64,000 nucleotides of DNA, taken from contig JBLDXI010000024.1 in NCBI GenBank assembly GCA_047495785.1, positions 3,534,001 through 3,598,000 of the forward strand, read 5' to 3'. The notes beneath the pieces were generated by a model. It was not told the origin of the DNA. It searched no databases and saw only the letters and a program-made list of their open reading frames with translations. The DNA comes from Lepidodermella squamata (Eukaryota; Animalia; Gastrotricha). The translations under genes were made by a program, and so were the position numbers. Positions within the stretch are counted from its first letter, which is position 1; each line of letters starts with the position of its first letter. Below are positions 18,102 to 29,502 of this stretch, in pieces.

Positions 18102-19064
18102 ATGACGTCGCCGCACAATGCAACGAATTCAGTGCCAATAATACCGCAGTCTCCGCCGACTAAATTGTTAACAGCAGATCGAGCAGCTTGCATTTACACG
18201 GCTTGCTACTGCGAGGAGAATGTTTGGCAGCTGTGCGCGCAGTTGTGCGCGAAACCGAAGCCGAAACCGGGCGAGGACGAGGATATCGACGAGCTGCAAC
18301 CGCCGCCTGATCCGAAAATTGTCCTCGAGCCGTACTACGCCGTGTTCATCTCGAATCCGAATCAACAGGTTGTGTTGTTCAGGCAAAAGGCTGGCCATCC
18401 GCCAGACGGCCGCTGTATCTGGGACTATCACGTCATTCTAGTCGGAAAGCTATTAAGTATGTCTGCTTTAATTTAATTTCATAAATCATTAAAAATCATT
18501 AAAAACCATAAATCATTAAATGTAAATATTTAAAATTGAGGTCTTTCAGCGTGGGTTACCACCGAGAACCCAAGCAGGGCTAAGGAATACTGCATTTTTC
18601 CTTAAAATGATTGAATTGATAATCGTATTTTATGAAATCACCGAAATTAAAAAAATGGATTTTTGGTTTTAGATCCAGCAAAACGCAGCCTAGTCTACGA
18701 TCTGGATACGACCCTCGATTTCCCATGCGTGATCGATAAATATTTCGAAGAAGCCATAAAATCAGACGTGAATCTGCCGAAATTATACCGCCGCAATTTC
18801 CGCGTCGTTCCCGCGGCTCAGTTCTACCTGGAATTCGCCTCAGATCGGCGGCACATGCGCCGACCTGATGGTTCATGGAACAGCCCGCCGCCGAGTTACG
18901 ACCCTATCAAAGGCGCCGATGCGTTGACGGACTTTAATTTGGACCGATTCATTGACATGACTACGCCGAGTGAGGATCAAAACGAGCCGCATTCGCCGCG
19001 TCAATTCGGCACGGTTTTGCACGATTCTTACGAATTTCTGACCTTCTTCTCGAGAAGCTGTTAG
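18102..19064 (+). CDS. NTAQ1: Protein N-terminal glutamine amidohydrolase (NTAQ1/WDYHV1); exons 18102-18456, 18673-19064
   Basis: YTACYCEENVW (catalytic Cys), WDYHVI, YDLDTTL.FP, FASDRRHM. Confidence 0.95.
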
Positions 19065-19419
19065 TCTGTAACAAATGAAAATTAGACCGGATAGATTTTT
19101 TATTTTTTTGTTCATTTTTGTTTATATTTTTTGTTTTTGTAGGAAACCAAAAACGGCCCGTTCTGTTTTTGTTCGAATTTATACGCACGTGAATCGCAAG
19201 TTTTTCAGTTCATTGCCTTGTGCAATAATGTGGTGATAAAAATTATGGAATCATGCAATTTCGAGTCATTTTAGCAATATTTTTTCCCCAATAAAAAAAT
19301 AGTATTTGAATGGAAAAATCAGTCGAGAAATTAACATTTCAATCAAAATTTTCAATTAAATACTATTTTATAGATTTTATATCAATTTATTTTATTTCTG
19401 CGAAAAAATTGTAATCAAA

Positions 19420-20829
19420 ATGGATGAATCCTCGCCTGAAAATGAAACAGCACCCCTAACTACTGCAGAGCCGAAAGCTGTAGCAGAATCCGTTCCGGAA
19501 CCCGTTAAATCGGAACCTTCAAAGCCTCAAGTTCAGCGTGCTAACAATGCAGCTCAACCGCGGCCGCAGCCTCAAATGGTCGTTGGCGGTCAATACCGCA
19601 TGTGGCAGTACAGAGCTGGCAAACGTCGGCTCAACTCGACTGATCCACCTGAAAAATTGGCCGTGCCTAATCCGGATACTTACGTTGAGTTGGAGTCGAG
19701 AAATGGCGAACGGGTCTACGTGCTGGGAACGGCTCATTTCAGCATTGAAAGCCAAAAGGATGTCGAAGCTATGGTCGAAGTTCTTCAGCCTGATGGTAAA
19801 TCATTTTCAAATTTTTAATAAATTCTTCGATATTTTAAGGACATTTTTAGATTTTATAAAATTCAAATTTTTGATGATATATATTTTAATAAAAATTCCT
19901 AATGACGATAGGAATTTTTCAAAAAAGATTTTGAAAAATGATTTTTGAAAATGATTTTGAAGATTTGAAAAGATGGGCTTGTAGAATTTTTCTAATTTTT
20001 TTTTGTTATTTTCAGTTATAATGGTTGAGCTGTGCCCTCAGCGCGAGGCTATCATGCGTGTCGATGAGCAGACCCTCCTTAAAGAAGCTAAATCCATTAG
20101 TCTGGAGAAAACCCAGCTCCTTGTCAAGCAATACGGCCTTGTACAGGGTATGACGCACGTGTTACTGCTCAAAGTCTCAGCCTACGTCACAGAACAACTC
20201 GGCGTTGCGCCGGGTGGCGAATTTCGAGCAGCCTACCGCCAAGCTGGTACAGTCCCAGGCTGCCAGTTGTACCTAGGCGACCGGCCGATGACAATCACCC
20301 TGCGCCGGGCGATGGGCAAACTTTCGTTCCTCTCGAAAATGTCCCTACTATGGAATCTTTTGTTCTCAACAATGGATAAAATTACGATGGAAGACGTTGA
20401 GCGGATGAAGAAAACTGATTTGTTGGAAGAATTGCTGGCCCAATTTGCCGGGTCGTTCCCCGACCTTAGCGAGGTTATCGTGAGCGAGCGAGATACGTAT
20501 TTATGCTATTCACTGGAAAACTGCGTTCGCGAGTCGCGGAAAAATCTACCCGAAAACGCCAATCCGGTCGTTGTGGGTATTGTTGGTGCCGGGCACATGC
20601 GAGGTATAGCTGAGCGGTGGGCGAAAGGCACCGTTTCAAACGAGCAGCTTCGAGAGGTTCTCACGTGAGTTTTAAGGCGGATTTTTTTGATAATTTAATT
20701 TTTTTTAATTTTTCCAGTATTCCGCCTCCTTCGCTAGCGTCAAAAGTGATTTCATGGACCATTCGCGGTACCTTGCTAGGTCTGGTCGGGTTTGGCGTGT
20801 ATAAAATTGCATGCCGGATAAAGGCGTAA
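19420..20829 (+). CDS. TRABD: TraB domain-containing protein with C-terminal TM anchor; exons 19420-19795, 20016-20664, 20718-20829
   Basis: VYVLGTAHFS, MVELC..R, PGGEFR.A, LGDRP..ITL.RA, ERD, GIVGAGH..GI, and a hydrophobic C-terminal tail. Confidence 0.93.
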
Positions 20830-21850
20830 AGTTAACCTTTCAGTATTTTGAGTGCCACACCTCTTTTTCGAGAAAAATCATTGCTACTGCTGCTCTAAAG
20901 GTCTGTATTCCTATGAAAAGTGCTATATATCCTTTGCCGGACGTGTTGTGATGGCTATATAATTATTATTGTATTCGAGGTTAACGTGTTGTTTTTGTGG
21001 TTTTGCGGTTATACGTCGTTTGCCGAAGAAACGGACTGCAGTGTGTATATAAATGAAGATATACTGAGCGTTTTTCGACTACGCTGCTTTATATTATATA
21101 AAAAATGTAACAATGCGAAATATATATATCATTTTATGTGACGGTGAATTCGACTTGATCGTCTTGAAGATATGAAAATAAAAAATGGGTTAATTTGGTA
21201 ATCGAGTGTTGCGTTAGTGGACTGGTCCTTTAATCAAAAACTCAGTGATCTGTGTTCTGAATCCAGTACAAAAAGCTGCAGTGGAACAAACAGTCATGAA
21301 TTGAGACACGCAGTTTGAAAAGTGGACTTATCCAAGCCAGATAAGGGCGATTGCTCAAGTACATTTATCAGTACGTAGTCACCCCACTGTGTGACGTAAG
21401 AGTACGAACTACTTTTTCTTGCGGTGTGTCTCTATCGTTTAGATATGTATGTCCTACTTCTAGGGTTAATTTTCACACCGTGGCAGCCTATCGCAACTGA
21501 GGCCGCATAGGGAAGCGTACAGCTCTTATACCACCAAGCTTTTTTCCTTACTGCTTTCTGGCTCGTTACTCCGCTCTTATCACATATAAAGCATAGCTTT
21601 CAGGCAATATACAATTTGTAGGTTCACCTAGCTGTGTCGCCTTCGCACTTCTACGTCTGGCGAGGTGACAATAGGCTCCATTTCGAGCTATTTTGCATTT
21701 CGCAAATGCCACAAGGAATGCCGCAAATGCATTTCAGAAAAGGCATTTGAAAATGCTGCTGCTACTTTTGGTTTGCCAATACAAAATTAACCAGTCTCTG
21801 ATTACTTATGAAAGATAGGGAAAACTCGGGATTCAAGGTAGTGTTTTTGC

Positions 21851-21946
21851 AAGGCGGATATTTTTAAATTGATTATGAAAACTGAAGAACGAGATAATTT
21901 CGGCTAATTTTTCAGTTTTCATAATCAATTCAAAAATATCCGCCTT
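21851..21946. repeat. Inverted repeat, 36-bp arms (1 mismatch), 24-nt spacer
   Basis: aaggcggatatttttaaattgattatgaaaactgaa pairs with ttcagttttcataatcaattcaaaaatatccgcctt. Confidence 0.85.
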
Positions 21947-21990
21947 AAGATTTTAATTATGATTTTGCGCCTAAACTATTCAACTTCATC

Positions 21991-22029
21991 TCCCTGAAGA
22001 TGATTTCTGTTAGAAATCGAAACGTCGGA
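21991..22029 (+). ncRNA. Minimal type I hammerhead ribozyme motif (Penelope-like-element type)
   Basis: tcc-CTGAAGA-t-gatttct(gtt)agaaatc-GAAA-CG-TC-gga: complete catalytic core, 7-bp helix II, palindromic ACGT helix III, 3-bp helix I, followed by AATAAA. Confidence 0.7.
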
Positions 22030-22080
22030 AATAAACTGTTAGCGCTAAATTTGATCAAAACTCATGAATTTAATCGAGCT

Positions 22081-22439
22081 CTGATAAGTTGAAATAACAG
22101 ACCCACTCATGACACTGATAAGCTGCTTGCTGCGGTTAGCACTTTTTAGACGCCCTGCTATGCGATATCCTTCAACGCGCAACAAAAAAGGGCAAAACCC
22201 GTAATATCATATCTTACACTTAACATTATAGTACGACACGTCGATTCGCTTTATGATTAATGATTCATACTTGCCATATAAGGCTTAACCTGAAAAACAG
22301 CATTACATATTACAAAAAGTGGTCCTCAAATGTTACCAAATATGGATAGAAAAGATGGATAGAGCAGATAAGCAGTCTCCTTAAAAACATGATGTATCTC
22401 AATATGAAGATATTTTCATTTTAACTAATATAATTCAAG
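22081..22439 (+). promoter_or_regulatory. Upstream region of CYP copy a with GATA sites (CTGATAAG 22081 and 22115, AGATAAG 22366)
   Basis: Aligns by eye with 26701-27038 upstream of CYP copy b, where GATA sites persist (26701, 26957). Confidence 0.45.
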
Positions 22440-24084
22440 ATGGATATTATTACGAGCGAAAGTTTTCTCTACTACGTTGGTGTTCCCGTTGCAGCGCTCG
22501 GAACACTGTCACTTGGGTTGTACTGGGCGGCATATCGATATGTCCACAAGTATAGAAATATGTTTCGAGACGCAGGTATGCCGTATGTACAACCAACGGG
22601 TTGGACTGGGTCTTGGGAGTTGTATTTGGACGCGGAGGACTTTTTCGAGGTCGAACAGACGCTGGTCGATAAGTACGGAACATTGTTCGGCATTTTTGAG
22701 GGTCGCCAGCCGATAATTATGGTATTTAGACCGTAGTTATTATGCACTTGAAACTTATTGACTAATTCTACTCCATTAGGTTTCGGAGCCTGATCTGATT
22801 CGTCAAGTCTTGCTAAAAGATGGCGATTCCTATGTAGATCGGCGCGTGATTGCCAAAGTGCGAAGCCGAACATTCGACCTCGTTCTATCTTCCTTGACCG
22901 GAAAAAGATGGAAGCATGTCCGCCAGATGATCACACCGGCATTCACTCCAAATGCGTTGCGTCGCATGACCCCATTGATCAAGCAAACGACTGAACAGCT
23001 CTATTTGAATATCGCTAAGAAATGCGACAGCAAGGAGCCGTTCGATATGAAGCTTTTCTGCGGCTGTTTCACTATGGATGTTATTGCATCAGTGGCTTTT
23101 GGCATGGAACTGGATTCGTTAAATAACCCTGATAGTCCGTTTGTAAAATACGCTCGCCAAGCCTTCGCTCTAGAGATCAACAAGGGAGCTATGCGAAAAA
23201 TCGTAACTACTATTTTCATGTTCCCGTGTCTTCTGCCTATTGTCGCAAAGCTGACTCCTAACAGTTCCGATATGATGAAGCCTTTTATTTTCTTCCAAAA
23301 CGTTGTTGAGGAGGAAATGAAGCGAAGGCGGCAGAGCAACAACAAGGTCGAACGGCCTGATTTTCTGCAGATGGTGATGGCATTGGAGAAGGACCCGAAA
23401 GACCCCGCGAACAAAGAATTCCTTGAATACGACGAGTACAACCTGCCATGGCTACGTAATGGCTTGACTCATGACGAAATCGTAGCACAAGCGGTTCTGT
23501 TTTTCGTTGCGGGATACGAGAGTACAGCCAACATGCTTTCGTTGGTTCTCTTCGCTCTTGCCTCAAATCCCGAATGTCAAGAGAAGTTATTCCAGGAGAT
23601 CAGCGAAGCTTGCCCTGCTGATGTAAAGGACTTGACCATGGACATGGTATACGAGTTGAAGTATCTCGAAATGTGCATCAACGAAACACTACGCCTGTTC
23701 TGCCCGGTAACGAGGCTTGAAAGATCCTGCACTCAGGACACTCAACTTGGAGGTTATCATATTGCCAAAGATACAGTTGTCGTAATACCAGTGAATACGC
23801 TACATCACGATTCTAATCTGTGGCATGAACCGGATAGATTTGACCCGGAGAGATTCCGAGATCCTGAAAGTATTGCGCCGTTCAGCTTCATGCCATTCGG
23901 CCTTGGAAACCGTAATTGCATCGGAATGCGGCTTGCGCAGTTGGAGCTGAAAATGGCTCTGGCTACTCTTGTTCGAAAGTTACGCTTCTCAGTGTCTGAA
24001 ACAATGGAATTACCAATAAGATGGCGCCCGAATGCCTTGCGAATGAATGCTTCTCCGATAATGCTGAGAGCGGAACGGCGTTGA
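22440..24084 (+). CDS. Cytochrome P450, CYP3 clan, copy a; intron 22722-22779
   Basis: N-terminal TM anchor, WKHVR, AGYEST (I-helix), ETLR (K-helix), PERF, heme motif FGLGNRNCIG. Confidence 0.96.
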
Positions 24085-25198
24085 TGATGATTGTTGGAGC
24101 TTGAAATTGCAAAAATCGGTGATTTTATGACATGATTTGACAGGAATGATTATTAATATTCAAGTACGAGTAAAACGCATGGCGATTTAATAGGCTACAA
24201 GCTTAATAAATATTAAGTTTTGCTTTTTTCGAAATGTTTTGCGTCAATACCAGTTGCATACACGCAATACCCAGTACCAAATGAAATTATAACTCCTTTA
24301 ACGGATATTCCGCCTTGGCGCGCATGTCAACAGCATTTACGCAGCTAGAAGGGCTTTGACGATCCTCTTGCGAAGAATTTCGGTATGAAAACCAACTTTT
24401 CAACTTTGAATCGATCCACCGCGATCCACTACATTGATGAAACTCGAGTACATCCATTCTTTCACAAATTCAATGAGCTATATGAACGTTATGCTATAGC
24501 CATTGCTATAGCCATACTATAGCGGCTATAGTTAGCTATATGTAGTACAGCGTTTATGGTACTTAGTACTCTGTATAGAATTGTTTTCTTCCCCGTCCGC
24601 GCATTTTAGCGTAAAACCATCGATATTCAGGGCAAATAGCATTTGTGCTCGCAGTGGAGAATGCCCTTAGACGAGAGCGATCGATTCTTTTGGACTATGG
24701 TATATTTGCGTATTTTTTTCGCTTTATATTCCGCTTTTAAATCTTTCTTTATTCTCAGATCTCTCGTATCATGGACTAAAATAGATGGAACATTCAACGC
24801 TTTTTTCAAAGTGACAGACAGTATTAGCAATTTAAACTGCTTTTAGAACAGTGTAGATACTTGGCTTGTTTAGAGCCTCCGATAGCTAAATATCGACAGG
24901 CTCTCAGCCTTTTAGGGAGATCTAAAAGTTTAATATGTAACTCCTGAATATTGAAATCCATTACTCACTTAGCTGAACTACTCACTTAATTGAACAATCC
25001 TCCCTCCTAGGCTAAAGAAGTTGAAATCGTGGGTCATACAATCTCAAACCAAAAGAAGGGCTTTTCTCAGATTCGGGTTCATGCAGTAAATCCTCTGTTT
25101 GTTATTCTCGTCCAAATGTTAGCCGATAATACTTGCACAGACTTGTAGGGCTGTGCTTAAATCATTCAGAGTTTCAATTTAAACAGCGATTTGAGCTG

Positions 25199-26131
25199 AT
25201 GGCTGAAAACGACAGTTCGCCGAAGCAGTTTCCTCCGAGAGTGGTGGATTCTAGACCTCGTCCTTCCAGACAAGCGATGGAAAGAAAACTCAAGCGCAAC
25301 TCCGGGAAACCCTACCGCCAATCGGATAAAGGTGTTAATGCCAAGTTCAATTCTGGTCGCAAGCCTGTTTACTTCAAGTGTGGCTGTTGGCGTAAATGCT
25401 TCTTGAAATTCGATGAAAACTCAATCCAGCAATGCTTTAACACTTACTGGTCCCGAGCATCTATCGACGCTAGACGAGCATTCATCAACTGCTACGTGAG
25501 TTATAAAAAGAAGCGAGAGAATGGTCCTCGAAGATTTGACTATCACTTACCCGGCAACTTCTTGGCAAATCCGTCGCCATCCCAACCTCGGGACTCCGTC
25601 GAAGTCTGCATGTCTTTTTTTCTGAAGGCGCTTAACGAAACCCGCGCTTTCATAAACACTACTCTTGAGAAAAAGGTCGAAGACGGCTTCTACATCTTAC
25701 CAGATCAACGTGGCCGGCATAAACCGCCGAATTGCATCAGCGACGATGCATACAAATTTGTCTGCAAGCACATTAATTCGTTCGAGCGATTAGACGGCCA
25801 TCAAAGTGGCAAGCAATTTCTCGCGTCCGCGCTCAATCTGAGAGAAATGCATAGACTGTACTGCATAGCACACCGAAACTGGTCTCAACGCTCCAAAGAG
25901 GAACCAGTCAAATACGCTACTTATCGATCTATTTTCAAAAGATCTTTTCCCAATCTCGCTTTCAGTCCTCCCATTAAGGGTGCATGCAAGAAATGCCCAC
26001 AGCTTAAGCCTTTACAGGATGAACTAACCCCCAACGAAGTGATGGTGGGAAAACGGAACCACAAATCCAATAAAGACTCTACACGAATTGCCAAGAATGC
26101 TGACGAAATTCTCGCTAAACAGTCGAAATGA
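25199..26131 (+). CDS. Sola1-like transposase N-terminal region only (no catalytic domain)
   Basis: Motifs RNSGKPY, CGC.RKC..F, VC..FFL..L, DQRGRH, V.KHI.SF, LN...M..LY, Y..Y..IF...F..L.F.PP...C..C occur in the order I recall for Sola1-type transposases. The ORF is intact and ends before the FDLQ-type first Asp. Confidence 0.6.
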   Translation: MAENDSSPKQFPPRVVDSRPRPSRQAMERKLKRNSGKPYRQSDKGVNAKFNSGRKPVYFKCGCWRKCFLKFDENSIQQCFNTYWSRASIDARRAFINCYVSYKKKRENGPRRFDYHLPGNFLANPSPSQPRDSVEVCMSFFLKALNETRAFINTTLEKKVEDGFYILPDQRGRHKPPNCISDDAYKFVCKHINSFERLDGHQSGKQFLASALNLREMHRLYCIAHRNWSQRSKEEPVKYATYRSIFKRSFPNLAFSPPIKGACKKCPQLKPLQDELTPNEVMVGKRNHKSNKDSTRIAKNADEILAKQSK

Positions 26132-27038
26132 TCGATTCTGTTGCGAATAATGTTTAAACATTGCGAAAGTTGAAAAGTTATCGAATAAAAGCGCTATCAA
26201 TGAAGTGATGTGTCACCCAATAACAATAATAATTGAATAAATGGATCTAAACATTTTTTCGAAGTCGTGAGACTTGGATACCGCTTTCAAGGTGTGAAGA
26301 AGATTATTTGAAAGATCATGTGAAGAAAGAATGCTGATGATCTGCGGAAATAAACGTCATCTGTGGCGAGGCGCCTTACCAATTGCTATAAACGTAGAAA
26401 AACAAAATGCAACAATAAATACAGTGAACAGTGAACAGGTTGTAAATATTAGATGATGAAAAATAAGGGAAATCTAAGCGAAAGCAGTTGTGACGGGGGC
26501 AGTAATGTTTGATGCCAACCGCTTTATCCTTAATCATTTCAGCTATACACACTGGGCCCGATTACGAAACGCAAGCAAATTCGGTATATCTCAGATGGAT
26601 CGTTTAGTGCCCAACACTCACAGCCCTACCTCATCTCCTACCGCCCCCCGCTATACCGCCAACAAAAGCAGCTTTGCCAACAAAAGACCCATTCTCGATG
26701 CTGATAAGCTGCATGCTGCGGTTAGCAACTTTTTTAGACGCAATATCTTGAAGAACAAGAAGGGCAAAAACCGCCGTGAATAAGCCAGCTAACATCTCAA
26801 CACTTGCAAAACATGTCGATTCACACGTTTGATTCATCGTTGTCATGTAAGACCAAACTCGTTGAAACAGCATTGCGTATTACTGAATAGACTAAACGTG
26901 CTCCTCAAATTAAGAATCAAATGAGGAAAGAGGGGGTTAATTGGCAACTTGAGCCCAGATAAGGGGTGTTCATATATAAAGCTTCCATTTATATCATTGC
27001 GCCACGTCAATCTTGCATTTCAACTTCTATAATTCAAG

Positions 27039-28685
27039 ATGGATATTTTAACGAGCGATAGTTTTCTTTACTACGTTGGCATTCCCCTTGGAGTCATCGG
27101 GGCATTTTCAGCTGGACTGTACTGGGCAGCGTATCGATATGTCCACGTATATAGAAACATGTTCCGAGACGCAGGAATGCCGTACGTCAAACCGACTGGC
27201 TGGAAAGGTTCATGGGATCTGTATTTAGATGCGGAGGACTTTTTCGAAGTCGAACAGAAGCTGGTCGATAAGTACGGAACATTGTTCGGCATTTTTGAGG
27301 GTCGCCAGCCAATAATTATGGTAACTTATCATTTAAAACTTGTTTTCATTCAAATGTCTTTATTGGCAAATGCTCTGCAGGTTTCTGAGCCTGATTTGAT
27401 TCGGCAAGTCCTGCTAAAAGATGGCGATTCATATGTGGATCGGCGGGTAATGGCGAAGGTGCGGTGTCGCACGTTTGATCTCATTCTGTCGTCCCTGACT
27501 GGGAAGAGATGGAAGCATGTCCGCCAGATGATCACACCGGCATTCACTCCAAATGCGTTGCGTCGCATGACCCCATTGATCAAGCAAACGACTGAACAGC
27601 TCTATTTGAATATCGCTAAGAAATGCGACAGTGAAGAGGCGTTCGACGCAAAGCTTTTCTGTGGCTGTTTCACCATGGATGTGATTGCTTCGGTTGCTTT
27701 TGGCATGGAACTTGATTCGTTAAATAATCCTGATAGTCCGTTCGTAAAATATGCTCGCAAAGCTTTTGATCTGGACTTGAACAAGGGCATTTTGCGAAAA
27801 ATAATTACTGCAATTCTATTGTTTCCGTTCGTATTTCCTCTTATCGCAAAGGTGACTCCTAACAGTTCCGAAATGATGAAGCCTTACATTTTCTTCCAAA
27901 ACGTTGTCGAGGAGGAAATGAAGCGAAGGCGGCAGAGCAACAACAAGGTCGAACGGCCTGATTTTCTGCAGATGGTTATGGCATTGGAGAAGGACCCTAA
28001 AGACCCAGCGAACAAAGAATTCCTTGAATACGACGAGTACAACCTGCCATGGCTACGTAATGGCTTGACTCATGACGAAATCGTAGCACAAGCGGTTCTG
28101 TTTTTCGTTGCTGGTTACGAAAGCACGGCTAACACGCTTTCGCTGGTTCTCTTCGCTCTTGCTTCGAATCCTGAATGCCAGGAGAAGCTATTCCAGGAAA
28201 TCAGCGAGTCTTGCTCTGGTGACGCGAAGGACTTGACCATGGACATGGTATACGAGTTGAAATATCTCGAAATGTGCATCAACGAAACGCTACGCCTGTT
28301 CTGCCCGGTGACAAGACTTGAAAGAACTTGCACTCAGGACACTCAGCTTGGAGGTTATCACATTGCCAAAGACATGACTGTCGTAATACCAGTGAACCCC
28401 TTACACCAAGATCCAAATTTATGGCATGAACCGGATAGATTTGACCCGGAGAGGTTCAGAGATCCAGAAAGCATTGCGCCGTTCAGCTTCATGCCATTCG
28501 GCCTTGGAAACCGGAATTGCGTAGGCATGCGACTTGCGCAGTTGGAGCTGAAGTTAGCTCTGGCTACTCTTGTTCGAAAATTGCGCTTTTATGTGTCCGA
28601 TACAATGGAATTACCCATCAAATGGCGTCCATTTGCCTTACGAATGAATGCATCTCCGATTTTACTTAGAGCAGAACGCCGTTGA
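27039..28685 (+). CDS. Cytochrome P450, CYP3 clan, copy b; in-frame 60-nt intron 27321-27380
   Basis: Same motifs as copy a (FGLGNRNCVG); the intron sits at the same position as in copy a. Confidence 0.96.
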   Translation: MDILTSDSFLYYVGIPLGVIGAFSAGLYWAAYRYVHVYRNMFRDAGMPYVKPTGWKGSWDLYLDAEDFFEVEQKLVDKYGTLFGIFEGRQPIIMVTYHLKLVFIQMSLLANALQVSEPDLIRQVLLKDGDSYVDRRVMAKVRCRTFDLILSSLTGKRWKHVRQMITPAFTPNALRRMTPLIKQTTEQLYLNIAKKCDSEEAFDAKLFCGCFTMDVIASVAFGMELDSLNNPDSPFVKYARKAFDLDLNKGILRKIITAILLFPFVFPLIAKVTPNSSEMMKPYIFFQNVVEEEMKRRRQSNNKVERPDFLQMVMALEKDPKDPANKEFLEYDEYNLPWLRNGLTHDEIVAQAVLFFVAGYESTANTLSLVLFALASNPECQEKLFQEISESCSGDAKDLTMDMVYELKYLEMCINETLRLFCPVTRLERTCTQDTQLGGYHIAKDMTVVIPVNPLHQDPNLWHEPDRFDPERFRDPESIAPFSFMPFGLGNRNCVGMRLAQLELKLALATLVRKLRFYVSDTMELPIKWRPFALRMNASPILLRAERR

Positions 28686-28868
28686 ATCGTGACAAATTTA
28701 TATGACTTGTCAAATTTATTGATATCAAGAACATGTAAATACTACGTACCTAGAATATTTAAAGACGGAGAACTTGTTGAATAAATCAGATTTGTATCAC
28801 TTGCCGAATTATTTTGTCAGCTAGAATGATATTTAAAATTCTTTCACGAATTGGAAATGGGTGGCAGA

Positions 28869-29008
28869 CCTGTATCAGCAATTTTCAGTATTCCGGTGGA
28901 TGAAATATGTTAATGAGCTTTTTTCATTGTGACGGCACGCTGAACAATGAAAAGTGCTCATTAGCATATTTCATCCTATTACGGAATACTGAAAATTGTT
29001 GATACGGG
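28869..29008. repeat. 140-nt foldback hairpin (about 60-bp imperfect stem, 13-nt loop)
   Basis: cctgtatcagcaattttcagtattccg...ttttcattgt pairs with acaatgaaaa...cggaatactgaaaattgttgatacggg. Confidence 0.85.
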
Positions 29009-29021
29009 GAGTCACTGGAAA

Positions 29022-29098
29022 GTGAGTGAACGTCGCAAAAAATGAATGTGTTCCGTTGGGTTGTAGCATAATATTTAAAGTTTGCGACGTTCATTCAC
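29022..29098. repeat. Second hairpin, 18-bp arms
   Basis: gtgagtgaacgtcgcaaa pairs with tttgcgacgttcattcac. Confidence 0.75.
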
Positions 29099-29502
29099 AT
29101 CTTTCACTAAGAGCTTGCCATTAAACTTATTGGAAAGTCAACGGCAAATTTAAACTTTCGCGTGCAATCGAAATTGATGGATATGTTGCGCGCAGTGATT
29201 TACCATCACCACCTGGGCTCTCGAAAAAGGACGTACGATAAATCCGCGGTGCGAGTGACCACATTTATAGAATGAAACTAAAACAAGTTTTTCCGAGATT
29301 TTCTTGATATTTCTATTTCTGGTAATGGCCCAAGGTAATGACCCTAATCATTATTTCGCTACTGACATGACATTATGCTGAGAATAATTGATAAGCAATT
29401 TTTATCTATGAAATATTGTTATCGTATGGCTGTAGAATAACCATGAATGCATAAGACCCAGAATTTTCAAGCGACACAGAGGAATTTTTTATATTGCATA
29501 CA

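Noticed and set aside
18537-18593. GC-rich structured-looking island in the AT-rich NTAQ1 intron
   Set aside because: No convincing snoRNA boxes or HDV/twister topology, and only superficial 5S-like words; unassigned.
24476-24545. Cluster of GCTATA/TATAGC words
   Set aside because: Short low-complexity palindromic repeats with no further support.
26331-26370. CTGATGA...GGAAATAAAC resembling the hammerhead at 21991
   Set aside because: No helix II or helix I pairing; could be a deletion relic or chance.
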